A DNA stretch of 64,000 nt from a virus, in IMG/VR virus record IMGVR_UViG_3300020581_000002, positions 3,247 through 67,246 of that record, one strand, 5' to 3'. Each line of letters opens with the position of its first letter. The first letter of the stretch is position 1. The notes under the pieces are model-generated. The model was given only the letters and a program-made list of their open reading frames with translations, searched no databases and was not told the origin of the DNA. Positions 17,682-26,215 of the stretch are shown piece after piece. The position numbers and the translations under genes were made by a program.

Positions 17682-18488
17682 GGACTCCTTGGCGAGGGCG
17701 CGGATGCGGGCGGCCACTCTGTGATCGCCAACTATTGCAGCGCACCGTTCGATCGTCGCGACCTCGATGGCGTCTCTGCGATCTTGTTCGCAGCAAATAA
17801 CAGTTTGCAGTCGATCTATTTCATCCTTCAGTTCCCGCACGCGGGCTTCGGCGGCATTCCTCTCTCCTTCAAGGGATAGGCGCAATGTCCTTTCTGTATC
17901 AGCGCGGGCTTCGGCGGCCTCGGCGCGCTGACCTAGTTCTGTAACGTCACCATTCAGTGCAGAAGCGGCATCATGCCAATCTTTTGCTTCTGCCGTCAGT
18001 CGTTCGATCTCCCGCGCCTGCTCTGCCACTTTTGCTTCGGCAGCCTCAGCGCGGGCTTCTGCATTACGAGCCGCTTGTTCGCTGGGATGCCATACCTCGT
18101 TTAGCCTCTCGATCTCCTGCGCCTGGGCTTGCCATTGCTCATTCAAGGCGCGATTGCCAGCCGTCTTGCGAGCCAAGTCTTCCTTTAGCCGCTTAATCTC
18201 CTGCGCCTGTGCATCGAAGGTTTCCATCAAAAACAATTCGGCAGCTTTCGCTTCAATGCCTGTACATAGGCCGCGTTGTTCTGCAAACCTACCAATGGCA
18301 TTGAGGCGCCCTAGCGGCGTTCCAGGGGTTTCATCGGCGATCTCCTGCGCCTGTGCGGCGAGGGCGACGGCGACATCATTGAGAATGAAAGCTGCTGACA
18401 ACGGCGGCTTATTGCTTAGCTTTGCTACTAGATGCAAATCAGCCGCCGCTTGCTTTACCCGCGCGATCAGTTCTGCGGTGCCGGTCAT
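17661..18488 (-). CDS. Coiled-coil repeat protein (Ead/Ea22-like)
   Basis: MTGTAELIAR start; repeated AQAQEIERL and AEAAEA units. Confidence 0.7.
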   Translation of the reverse strand: MTGTAELIARVKQAAADLHLVAKLSNKPPLSAAFILNDVAVALAAQAQEIADETPGTPLGRLNAIGRFAEQRGLCTGIEAKAAELFLMETFDAQAQEIKRLKEDLARKTAGNRALNEQWQAQAQEIERLNEVWHPSEQAARNAEARAEAAEAKVAEQAREIERLTAEAKDWHDAASALNGDVTELGQRAEAAEARADTERTLRLSLEGERNAAEARVRELKDEIDRLQTVICCEQDRRDAIEVATIERCAAIVGDHRVAARIRALAKESLTPPPL

Positions 18489-18736
18489 CCGTCTCTCCCG
18501 ATGAGAGCGTTTTGAAGCTTGCCGATTTTGGCGACGTGCCGGTCTATCGTTTGCGCGTCATCCTCAATGCGATTGCGGGCCGCCGTCAATGCAGTTTTAA
18601 GCCGTTCGATCTCCTGCGCCTGCGCAGCCACTTTGGCTTCGGCGGCCTCATATCTTCCCTGTCTTTGATCAGCGATGATCAATAGTTGGTGTTCTGCTTT
18701 CTTTAGCCGCGCGATCAATTCTGCAGTGCCGGTCAT
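18485..18736 (-). CDS. Short paralog of the same family
   Basis: MTGTAELIAR...EAAEAKVAAQAQEIERL. Confidence 0.7.
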   Translation of the reverse strand: MTGTAELIARLKKAEHQLLIIADQRQGRYEAAEAKVAAQAQEIERLKTALTAARNRIEDDAQTIDRHVAKIGKLQNALIGRDG

Positions 18737-19419
18737 CAGCTCGTCCCCCCATCGCTTCGCGCCGCTCCGCGATAAAAGCGCGGCCGCGCCAAGTTAAAGT
18801 CCTCCATGACCGCCGCCATGCGCTCCAAGTCAAGATCTCTGTCAGGAGCGAACTCGTAGCCGTCGAGCAGCGCGATCGCATCGCGATAAGCAGTAATCTG
18901 CGCGTCGATGGCGGCGAGCGGCTGCGCGGTGGAAGCGGCCTGCATTTTTAAAGCTTGGCGCAGCAGCGGGTTGGCGAAGCGCTTGGCCTTGAGTCGCGCT
19001 TCCACCTGTTCGAGCTTCATCCTGGCGCGCTCAATCGGGCGCTTGTTCGCTTCGAACTTGGAAATTTCCTTGGCGAAGACTTCGCGCGCGAGAACGACGA
19101 GGTTCACGGTGAGCGGGTCGGTGGCGCCGGAGCGCACGTGCTGCTCCACCACAGCAGCAAAGAAACCAACGCAGATCGATACCGCCTTGGAAAGAGAGTT
19201 GTCCACGGAGGACTCGTCGAAAGTGCCATCCTGGTCGAAGCGCGCGCGTTTCGCGGGATCGGCGAGGACGAGGTGCGCGCGGGAAAGACAAGAGAACGCC
19301 TCAGCGCTGCCGCCGGCATCGGGGTGGAGACGCTTGGCGCGAGAGCGGTAGGCTGCTCGCACGCTGGCGGTGGAAGCCGTCTTGTCCACGCCAAGGATCT
19401 GGTAGGGGTCAAAGGTCAT
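18736..19419 (-). CDS. J-domain (DnaJ-like) co-chaperone
   Basis: DPYQILGV...AYRSRAKRLHPDAGG...F..L..A..VL.DP.KRARFD; start trimmed to MTFDPY. Confidence 0.88.
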   Translation of the reverse strand: MTFDPYQILGVDKTASTASVRAAYRSRAKRLHPDAGGSAEAFSCLSRAHLVLADPAKRARFDQDGTFDESSVDNSLSKAVSICVGFFAAVVEQHVRSGATDPLTVNLVVLAREVFAKEISKFEANKRPIERARMKLEQVEARLKAKRFANPLLRQALKMQAASTAQPLAAIDAQITAYRDAIALLDGYEFAPDRDLDLERMAAVMEDFNLARPRFYRGAARSDGGTS

Positions 19420-19442
19420 GAAGGAGCTGATAGCACGGGGAA

Positions 19443-19461
19443 TGTAGTCGGGGCAACTACA
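19443..19461. promoter_or_regulatory. Third TGTAGT-N7-ACTACA operator
   Basis: TGTAGT CGGGGCA ACTACA just upstream of the J-domain gene. Confidence 0.55.
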
Positions 19462-20125
19462 ATTTTTCTTTCCACGCTTCCCCACTGATCCAGTCGGCAG
19501 GATAGTCTTCCAGTCGTCCGCGAGACCTACTCGGAAGCGTAAGCGCATCTTCCAACAGCCAGCCGCGCGCAAGCCTCTTTCGCACCATGCTATTTGAAAT
19601 TCCAACGCGCTCAGTGTAGTCCTTCAACAACACTAGCTGCCCGTCAATCACGACACGCAAAACACCAGATCGATTGCGAGACTGTTCCTTATCAGTCGCC
19701 CACCGACAATTATTCGGCTCGTAATTGCCGCGATAATTTGGGTAACGATCAACCGAATGCTCCGGCGACGGTCGCGGACCCATATCAGAAAGAAACTGTG
19801 AAAAACTCTTGCGCCACCGGGCACAAACGCGCACGCCCCGCTTGCCATAATATTTATATCCTACACTTTTTTTATTGTAACAACGTGCCAACATGTGTCG
19901 CCAAATTCGCTCTTCATCGGTCGCAACAAGCGGCAACATCATCGACTTAAAATAGTGCCCGATTCCACACGTCCTAATCGCGCCCGAATGCAGATGGACT
20001 CCTCTTATCACGCGTTCCTTACCACAATCACACTTGCAAAGCCACGCAGAATGCCGCCCAAAGTTAGGAGCACGCCGCAATACAGTGAGATTACCGAAAC
20101 GCCGATCCGCGAGATTGAGAGCCAT
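19457..20125 (-). CDS. HNH-type homing endonuclease
   Basis: RFGNLTV..WLCKCDCG, WRHMLARC..YYGKRGVRVCARW..F..FL.DMG, SVDR...GNYEPNNCRWAT. Confidence 0.88.
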   Translation of the reverse strand: MALNLADRRFGNLTVLRRAPNFGRHSAWLCKCDCGKERVIRGVHLHSGAIRTCGIGHYFKSMMLPLVATDEERIWRHMLARCYNKKSVGYKYYGKRGVRVCARWRKSFSQFLSDMGPRPSPEHSVDRYPNYRGNYEPNNCRWATDKEQSRNRSGVLRVVIDGQLVLLKDYTERVGISNSMVRKRLARGWLLEDALTLPSRSRGRLEDYPADWISGEAWKEKL

Positions 20126-20421
20126 AAAAACGTTGTGGCCTAAAAATACACAACAGTCAATCCACCAAATAGCTAATTATGGTCACTCTGTTAATTTTTT
20201 ATTTTTGGGAGAATTTGGGGCGGCGCGTAGGTTGGCGTGCCTAGTATCCTGGCTTCGAGAGGGCAGACGTGCGCGCATTTTACCGCGTGCACAACCACGA
20301 CCTGCATCCGCAAGTAGAAAGCATCATGTTACCCGCAATTAGCGATTTCAGCGCGTCGAGCGCTCACTGCCGTTTGATATCTCGTGATAGTTCGCGATAA
20401 TCGCAAAAACTTCCTCAACAA

Positions 20422-20434
20422 AATCAAGTAGTTA
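20422..20434 (+). promoter_or_regulatory. IHF consensus site
   Basis: AATCAAGTAGTTA is an exact match to WATCAANNNNTTR, in a long non-coding divergent region. Confidence 0.45.
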
Positions 20435-20500
20435 CAAGGCGCTTAGCTTTGCGGTGCCTTCGCACAGCCTTGTAAGGCCGTAAAGAATTGACGCGGCATT

Positions 20501-20944
20501 ATGTCGCAGCATGGTCGATTCCGCGTGCACGGGAGCGGGAACACGGGATACCGAATCGACATGCTGCGAGATTTGATCGCCGAGGCGCAAATTGAATGCG
20601 GGGAACATGGTCCTAAAAACCACGTTGCCCCCGTGTTCCGTGCGCCGGCTAGCCTCCCATTTGAACAAGCTGCACGGATCATAGCGCCATGGGTTAATTC
20701 GCCTGCCCCTGGCGCGCCTCGCTACCCCGGCATGAAGCGCTACCTAGTCGCGCTCTTTGACGGTCGAGCGCAGTACGGCGCTATCCAAGGCTGGCGCTTC
20801 GGGCGCCGCAATCCTCCCGACTGGGCGATCGACATGCTTGCGCAGCGACTAGAATTGGAAGCCTCGCAGCGCCTCGCCGCGGCCCGTCTGCTTCGCGAAT
20901 CAAAAAAGCCGGCCCCGAGCAGGACCGGCTTGGAAAAGCGATAG
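20501..20944 (+). CDS. Hypothetical protein
   Basis: 147 aa ORF filling the gap between minus-strand operons; start uncertain. Confidence 0.45.
   Translation: MSQHGRFRVHGSGNTGYRIDMLRDLIAEAQIECGEHGPKNHVAPVFRAPASLPFEQAARIIAPWVNSPAPGAPRYPGMKRYLVALFDGRAQYGAIQGWRFGRRNPPDWAIDMLAQRLELEASQRLAAARLLRESKKPAPSRTGLEKR
20902..20931 (-). terminator. Rho-independent terminator of the DUF932 operon
   Basis: AAGCCGG stem followed by a T tract on the minus strand. Confidence 0.55.
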
Positions 20945-20953
20945 GCGAGGCTG

Positions 20954-21193
20954 CTACACGCCGTGCAAAGCGCGCAATCGGTTCGAAAGCTCGTGCGCCG
21001 TGCGCTCGCGCTCCCCATCGAGCGTGTAGCGCAGCGAACCGTGCAAGTTCTCACGTATCGTCACCACGTGGCCGCGGGCGCGAAGCATCTCAACCACACC
21101 ACGCGGGTGCGGCGGCATGCGCCTTTCCACTGGGTCGCGCGTGCTGGGCAGCTGCCCTGCGATCGAATAGCCAAAATCAGAAGCGTGGTTCAT
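20954..21193 (-). CDS. Hypothetical early protein
   Basis: GGGAGG RBS; MNHASDFG... Confidence 0.6.
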   Translation of the reverse strand: MNHASDFGYSIAGQLPSTRDPVERRMPPHPRGVVEMLRARGHVVTIRENLHGSLRYTLDGERERTAHELSNRLRALHGV

Positions 21194-21195
21194 GT

Positions 21196-21390
21196 TCAAT
21201 CCTCCCATACGCCAATAAAATGCGAGACGTTCCCGTTTTCGATCCAAATCGCAACGCGCCCGAAGCTCGCCAGCATCCTTCCCGCCTTCTCCAGCGTGAC
21301 CGCCAGATTCCAGATGCAAACGTCTCGCGGACAAGGCAAGCGCGCAATTTCAAAGCCGTCACGCATGATTCGAAGCTTGTGCATGATCAA
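21196..21390 (-). CDS. Hypothetical early protein
   Basis: GGAGG RBS; overlaps the upstream stop. Confidence 0.55.
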   Translation of the reverse strand: MIMHKLRIMRDGFEIARLPCPRDVCIWNLAVTLEKAGRMLASFGRVAIWIENGNVSHFIGVWED

Positions 21391-21653
21391 TCCTCCCCAT
21401 AAGCGGACTCGATCCGCTCGCCAGTGTGATCACAGTACAGTTCCGAATCTTCCCAGTTTATGTCAACGCCATAGATGTGCCAGCCGCATCGCTTATCGTT
21501 CCACAAATGCGCTTGCACGATATTGCGCCACTCGGCGCGAACCGCCTTGAACGACAGCGCCGCGCCATCGCTCGTGACGAAATAGATCGGATATCCGCCC
21601 GGCCACGCGAATGGACCGGCCCGCAAGCGCCCTTTAATCTCCGCAAGTGTCAT
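21387..21653 (-). CDS. Hypothetical early protein (AWPGGYP motif)
   Basis: GGGAGG RBS; own promoter upstream. Confidence 0.7.
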   Translation of the reverse strand: MTLAEIKGRLRAGPFAWPGGYPIYFVTSDGAALSFKAVRAEWRNIVQAHLWNDKRCGWHIYGVDINWEDSELYCDHTGERIESAYGED

Positions 21654-21697
21654 GTAACCCTCCCAAAAAGGCCGGCCGCGACGTGCGACCGGCTTGT

Positions 21698-21726
21698 TAT
21701 GTACTCTCTAAACACTACAGCGTCAA
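21698..21726 (-). promoter_or_regulatory. Early promoter copy 1
   Basis: TTGACG-N17-TACATA; shares TTTAGAGAGTACATAA with copy 2. Confidence 0.65.
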
Positions 21727-22868
21727 GCGCCAACGCTCGACCTTAACGGCTGCTTTAAGATAGCCGACAAGTCCGCGTCGTCCGCAGTCTTGGCCCACAC
21801 GGCCTTAAGCAATTCCCCGTCGCTCATTTCGAACAGCGTCGCGACGGCCTTCTCTTTCATCGCCGCGCCAGAACCGAATTGAGCGCTAAGAAACCTGCCC
21901 TCGCCTGGTGAGCCTGTCGAACCACCGCCCCGCGTCGAGCGATCGTGGTCAACGTAGCGCGTCACGGCGTTCAGCGCCGCCCACATTGTCTCGGGTTCCG
22001 TGCCCTCGCGCACGGTCGCGGCATACGCCTGGCCAAGTTCCTGGAACTGATTCAGCTTGCGCGTCGAGATATCCTTTTTCTCCGCGTCGAATGGGATCTC
22101 CAGCACAGTCTTGAAAAACTTGGAAACCTGCTCGCGGCTGACGTGCTGCTTGGCCATGGCGTCTCCCATCGCCTTGTACTGGTCGAAACCTTGCGCGATG
22201 CACGCAAGCTCCTTGCCGACGCGCACAGCATCAAACCGCGTGTTGTGCCTGGTCTTGACCACGGCGCGCTTGTCGCTCCCCAATGCCGCGTCAAGCGTGT
22301 TGTTGCACACGACGCGCGTCACGGTCCCCTTGTTGATCGTGGCGCCGGTCGCGTCGAACGTCGTCGTCATGAGAAGCCGCGCAACATGCTTGTCGCCGGC
22401 CACATCCATCCCGCCATTGAACGTCGCGGTTGCCCAGATGATTTCGCCCTGCTTAAGGCTGCCCGCAACATCGATCTGAAAACGCTCGTCCACGCTGATG
22501 TACTGCTTGAACCAATCAAGCAACTCCGCCGGCTGGTGCGGCTGGTAACGATCCGTAGCCGTCCCAAGCACGTGGCCATTATCGGACCGCACGATGTGGC
22601 GCACGCCGTCCACCATCGCGAGGCGCATATAACCGCTTTCCGTGATCCCGGTCTTAACGTCGAAAGCCGTGCCCCCTGCGATACCTTCCGGCAAGTGCAC
22701 ATAAGCCGCCGCCTTGACCGCATGCCAGTCGAGCCCAGCTGCCTTTGCCCAATCCTCGACACTCATGCCTTCCTTCATCTCTTGGCCGAGCTTATGCCAC
22801 ACGTCATCCCTACTCCCTAAAAACGCGATGTTGGCGCGACCGTTCGTCATGTCGATGTTGTGTGCCAT
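21723..22868 (-). CDS. DUF932 family (phage/plasmid-like TIGR03299) protein
   Basis: MAHNI..., WHKLG, AGLDW, RSDNG.VLG...RY.PHQP, AGSLKQG, TRVVCNNTL, T.WAALNAVTRYVDH. Confidence 0.88.
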   Translation of the reverse strand: MAHNIDMTNGRANIAFLGSRDDVWHKLGQEMKEGMSVEDWAKAAGLDWHAVKAAAYVHLPEGIAGGTAFDVKTGITESGYMRLAMVDGVRHIVRSDNGHVLGTATDRYQPHQPAELLDWFKQYISVDERFQIDVAGSLKQGEIIWATATFNGGMDVAGDKHVARLLMTTTFDATGATINKGTVTRVVCNNTLDAALGSDKRAVVKTRHNTRFDAVRVGKELACIAQGFDQYKAMGDAMAKQHVSREQVSKFFKTVLEIPFDAEKKDISTRKLNQFQELGQAYAATVREGTEPETMWAALNAVTRYVDHDRSTRGGGSTGSPGEGRFLSAQFGSGAAMKEKAVATLFEMSDGELLKAVWAKTADDADLSAILKQPLRSSVGA

Positions 22869-22914
22869 GGTACTAATCTTCCCTTGCTAAGCGGCGCTGT
22901 CCGCCGCGACTGTT

Positions 22915-22943
22915 TATGTACTCTCTAAATTATTGGGTGTCAA
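22915..22943 (-). promoter_or_regulatory. Early promoter copy 2
   Basis: TTGACA-N17-TACATA. Confidence 0.7.
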
Positions 22944-22961
22944 GTACCGCCACAGAGGCAG

Positions 22962-23290
22962 CGCCTTACACGACCTTACACGTACCCTTACACGTGAGTA
23001 CAGAAAATTTATTCTTATTTTTCAATCGCCTTACACCACTTACACCACTTACACCTTCTTACTATAGGAGTATGGAATAGATAGAATAGGCGTATTTATA
23101 TAGTACATACATATAGAGAATCATAGAATCCATATGGGTATAGGGGAAAACGGTGTAATACGTGTAAGTGGTGTAAGACCTCAATCTTATCAATCGGTTA
23201 GCGCCTTACACGTGAGTACAGAGCGTAGAAAGTCAGCCGTAAGAGTTGTTACTTTTCAACTACTTAACACCTTCTCGCACGTGTAAGGTT
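22962..23290. repeat. Putative replication origin: CTTACAC/GTGTAAG iterons around an AT-rich core, with IHF sites
   Basis: CTTACAC at 22965, 22975, 22987, 23030, 23039, 23048, 23205; GTGTAA(G) at 23153, 23162, 23171, 23281; TATCAATCGGTTA at 23188; directly downstream of the primase-helicase. Confidence 0.75.
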
Positions 23291-23383
23291 TGATGTCTTG
23301 TTTATACGCTAAAGATTGCTTTAGGTTGAATATGTCTTGTGTTCTGCTGTGCGCAATTGTGTTGCCCGTCATTTGCGAGAACC

Positions 23384-25702
23384 TCAACCGGCTGGCCTTT
23401 GTACTTGCCGAACGGGACTATTGCCATTGTGTTTCTCCTTTGGAAACGGTTTCGTGTACCCTCGTATGGGCATTTCGTTGCGCCAAAAAACTTTTGGTCC
23501 TTGCCAGCCTAGCCGCCGCATCGTGTAGACAAGCCGTTTTGCTGACACATCGTTTTGCCGGTCGGCGCCCAGCACGTAGTCAAGAACATCGCGCGACGCT
23601 ACGCGCCATTCCTCGCCTTCTATTGTCACCATCGCGCGCGTTTCTAGTTCCGCAAGCTTGTCGTCCCACGGATCATAATCCAGCCGTTCGCTTTGCAACG
23701 CCCCTGCATCCGCCCACAGCGCCCGATCAAGCACAAGCGGGATTCCTTGCTCCTCGATCGTGCCGGCTTCCGCCCACAGTTGGTCGCGATCTCTTTTCAA
23801 CGCCTCCAAATCGATCCGCCCGCATTTGATGGGCCAGAACCTGCGATTGCCTGTTTGGCTCTTAAGATACGTCTCGTTGTTAGTCGTGGCGAAGAGCACG
23901 CATCGTCTCGGCCGATCCACTCTGGAACGCCCGTAGGCGGGCCGCGCCCTATCGTGCGTGCGGCTCGCAAAAGCCTTCATGCGCTCGACCTCGGCTCGCG
24001 TGTGGCCCGCCAGATCCGCGATCTCGTACAGCCACACGCCCGCCAGCGCCTCCTGGTGCTCCCGGTCGCCGAGCCCGAGCAATGTCTGGTCGCTGAACCA
24101 CTCGCCCGCGAGCAGGCGCACCGCCGAGCTTTTGAGCGTGCCCTCCGGGCCCTCCAGGACCGTGATCTGGTCGAACTTGCAGCCAGGCTCGCGTGCGCGG
24201 CGCACCGCGGCAACTAAAACCAATGGTCCAACGGCCCGGTTGAACGCCGTGTCGGCCGCCCCCAGGTAGACGCTCAGCCACCCCGCCAGCCTCGCCCGGC
24301 CGTCCCAGGTGAGCGAATCGAGATAGTCGAGCACCGGATCACGGCTCGCGGCAAGGCACTCCTGCACGGCCGCGTCATGCGTAGAAATCGTGCCAGGGTC
24401 GAAATGGTACGTCTGTTCAATCGCAACGCGCAGGATATGCACCGTGTTATCCGTCAGCTCGCCGGCCCAATCCTCAAGCGGGTGCCCCCCGATGGTGCAG
24501 CGATCACGAAACGCGTCGTGCGCGCACGTGACGCCCAGCCCACGGATCGCGAGGCGCGCGTTGCGGCACGTCGCGAGCGGCCTCCCCTGCCTGGTTACGT
24601 CGGGAAAAACAATGCTAGGTGCACTTGAAAAAATGGGTGCGGGAAGCGCCGCAACCCCGTTGACTTGTCCCAATTTTACGTCGTTAGTGCCGTGGTCCGT
24701 ATGCTCAGGGAGGGTTTTTAATCTTGATATGTTCTCGCTCGTCCATCCCTTCCGCTGCGCCTCCGCGAAAATGCGCGCGACAGTCGCCCTGGCTCCTTGA
24801 TAATTTTTCTCTTGGAACCCTCGCCACCGCTTTGCGAGGTCTGCCCGCCCGCGATACTCCCCGTTCCCTGCTCCCTTCCCCGCCGAAGTCTTGGACCACG
24901 CATCCCAGATTTCGAACCCTACATCCTGGCCATTCTGGTCCCAGTGGAGATCGCACAGCGCCATGCCAAAGGACGCCCAGGTCTGCCCGTCGATGTCGGC
25001 TGGTATGGCACTCAGCGCGAGGCGCAGGCGCGTCTCCGCCTCGGGCGACCATGATTGAGCCTCCGCCTCCTGAAGCGCTCTCAGCGCCCGCTGGGCGGTC
25101 GTGGCGGCCCCACCTGCGAGCAGTGGCAGGTGGGGCCCGTTGGCATGGGTTGAAGTTCTTTCAGCGGGCACCACCCCCTTTCCTCTCGATCGCCCCCATG
25201 GCCCGACCCACGCCGGCACCGCTACCACTGGTGAGTCCACAACAATTGTGTAGATAGTACCGTTCTCGTGGACGCACCCCGGCGCCAGAACGTAGCCGGT
25301 ACTGCCTCTTACGTCTAAATGTTCGCCCTTGACTTGGCTCGATGGTACATCAGTCCCAGCGTAATAAACGTGGTATCCGCCCGGCCGTCCAGTCTTGACG
25401 ACGAGCGTGCGCGGCAGTCCTGAGCACTGGCCGAAGGACCGCGCGACCGCTTTGAGCAGCGCTTGCCCCTCCGGACCGTCGAGGTCGAGCACCACCAAGC
25501 CTGAAGGCCCGGTCGCGATCCCCACATTGGCGTCGGGCGCCGCTTGCCCCCACGCTTCCACTTGCGCGCGATCAAGCGTCGCGTCCTTGAACCCGCGGCT
25601 GCCTTTGAACGGCAGCTTGGAGCGCGGCTGCAATGGAAAAACCCACCACCTGCGGGCGAGACATGGCAGGGCGATTTCAATAAATCGTGGCTGGCCTGGC
25701 AT
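23384..25702 (-). CDS. Prim-Pol primase/polymerase + PriCT-2-like + VirE (VapE) helicase
   Basis: VFPLQPRSKLP, ANVGIATG..GLVVLDLD, GGYHVYY, DVRG..GYVLAPG; W..FGMAL..WDAWS; PGCKFD..LEGPEGTLKSS, FATTN...TGNRRFWP. Confidence 0.9.
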   Translation of the reverse strand: MPGQPRFIEIALPCLARRWWVFPLQPRSKLPFKGSRGFKDATLDRAQVEAWGQAAPDANVGIATGPSGLVVLDLDGPEGQALLKAVARSFGQCSGLPRTLVVKTGRPGGYHVYYAGTDVPSSQVKGEHLDVRGSTGYVLAPGCVHENGTIYTIVVDSPVVAVPAWVGPWGRSRGKGVVPAERTSTHANGPHLPLLAGGAATTAQRALRALQEAEAQSWSPEAETRLRLALSAIPADIDGQTWASFGMALCDLHWDQNGQDVGFEIWDAWSKTSAGKGAGNGEYRGRADLAKRWRGFQEKNYQGARATVARIFAEAQRKGWTSENISRLKTLPEHTDHGTNDVKLGQVNGVAALPAPIFSSAPSIVFPDVTRQGRPLATCRNARLAIRGLGVTCAHDAFRDRCTIGGHPLEDWAGELTDNTVHILRVAIEQTYHFDPGTISTHDAAVQECLAASRDPVLDYLDSLTWDGRARLAGWLSVYLGAADTAFNRAVGPLVLVAAVRRAREPGCKFDQITVLEGPEGTLKSSAVRLLAGEWFSDQTLLGLGDREHQEALAGVWLYEIADLAGHTRAEVERMKAFASRTHDRARPAYGRSRVDRPRRCVLFATTNNETYLKSQTGNRRFWPIKCGRIDLEALKRDRDQLWAEAGTIEEQGIPLVLDRALWADAGALQSERLDYDPWDDKLAELETRAMVTIEGEEWRVASRDVLDYVLGADRQNDVSAKRLVYTMRRLGWQGPKVFWRNEMPIRGYTKPFPKEKHNGNSPVRQVQRPAG

Positions 25703-25775
25703 CCCCTTGCGCGCCTCTGCGGCTTCTGCTACGCAAGGTTCCGGTGCAATCCTCCCAGGACGTACCACCTTGCCT

Positions 25776-25814
25776 AAAGGCCCCACCGCATAGCCGCGCC
25801 GGTGGGGCCTTTTT
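25776..25814 (+). terminator. Terminator hairpin in the replicase leader (antisense orientation)
   Basis: AAAGGCCCCACCG/CGGTGGGGCCTTT then a T run. Confidence 0.6.
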
Positions 25815-25937
25815 CTTGGTCTGATGGTGCACCCTCGCCGCAATGTCGTCAACACGCGACGCCGCGCAATTTTATTGCTTTTTAAGAGCGACGCGGTAGC
25901 GATTGCGCTTTTTAATGCATTTTTAGCGCGCGAAGGC

Positions 25938-25967
25938 TTGACTTGCTAAAGCGCGTTAGTGTACTAG
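25938..25967 (+). promoter_or_regulatory. Rightward promoter of the replication operon
   Basis: TTGACT-N18-TACTAG before GGGAGG and the ATG at 25995. Confidence 0.45.
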
Positions 25968-25994
25968 CTAAATGTACTCGATGGGAGGGTTCGC

Positions 25995-26204
25995 ATGAGC
26001 CAATATCCACACGTCCGCGCTCAGTTTACCTGCGTGTGCTGCGGTGGCAGCAAGGATAGGGAATTGCTTCTTTGCTGGTCCTGTCACCATAAGCAGAAAC
26101 GGCAGAACGAAGGCGGCTACTCGCATCGCGTTGAGTCGCTGCTCGCTTCGCTCGAGACGCGCTTGCGGCTGCCCGCGGTCTCGCGCGCCTCGCACTATTC
26201 GTAA
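25995..26204 (+). CDS. Small Zn-finger protein
   Basis: CVCC...CWSC; GGGAGG RBS. Confidence 0.7.
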   Translation: MSQYPHVRAQFTCVCCGGSKDRELLLCWSCHHKQKRQNEGGYSHRVESLLASLETRLRLPAVSRASHYS

Positions 26205-26215
26205 ATGGAAGCCGC

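Noticed and set aside
19615-19633. Fourth operator copy
   Set aside because: Only one half-site matches and it lies inside a coding region.
22962-23290. CRISPR array suggested by the repeats plus a Cas4-like nuclease at 30324
   Set aside because: Repeats are 7-19 bp, in both orientations, without unique spacers; the nuclease is a solo replication-module PD-(D/E)XK protein.
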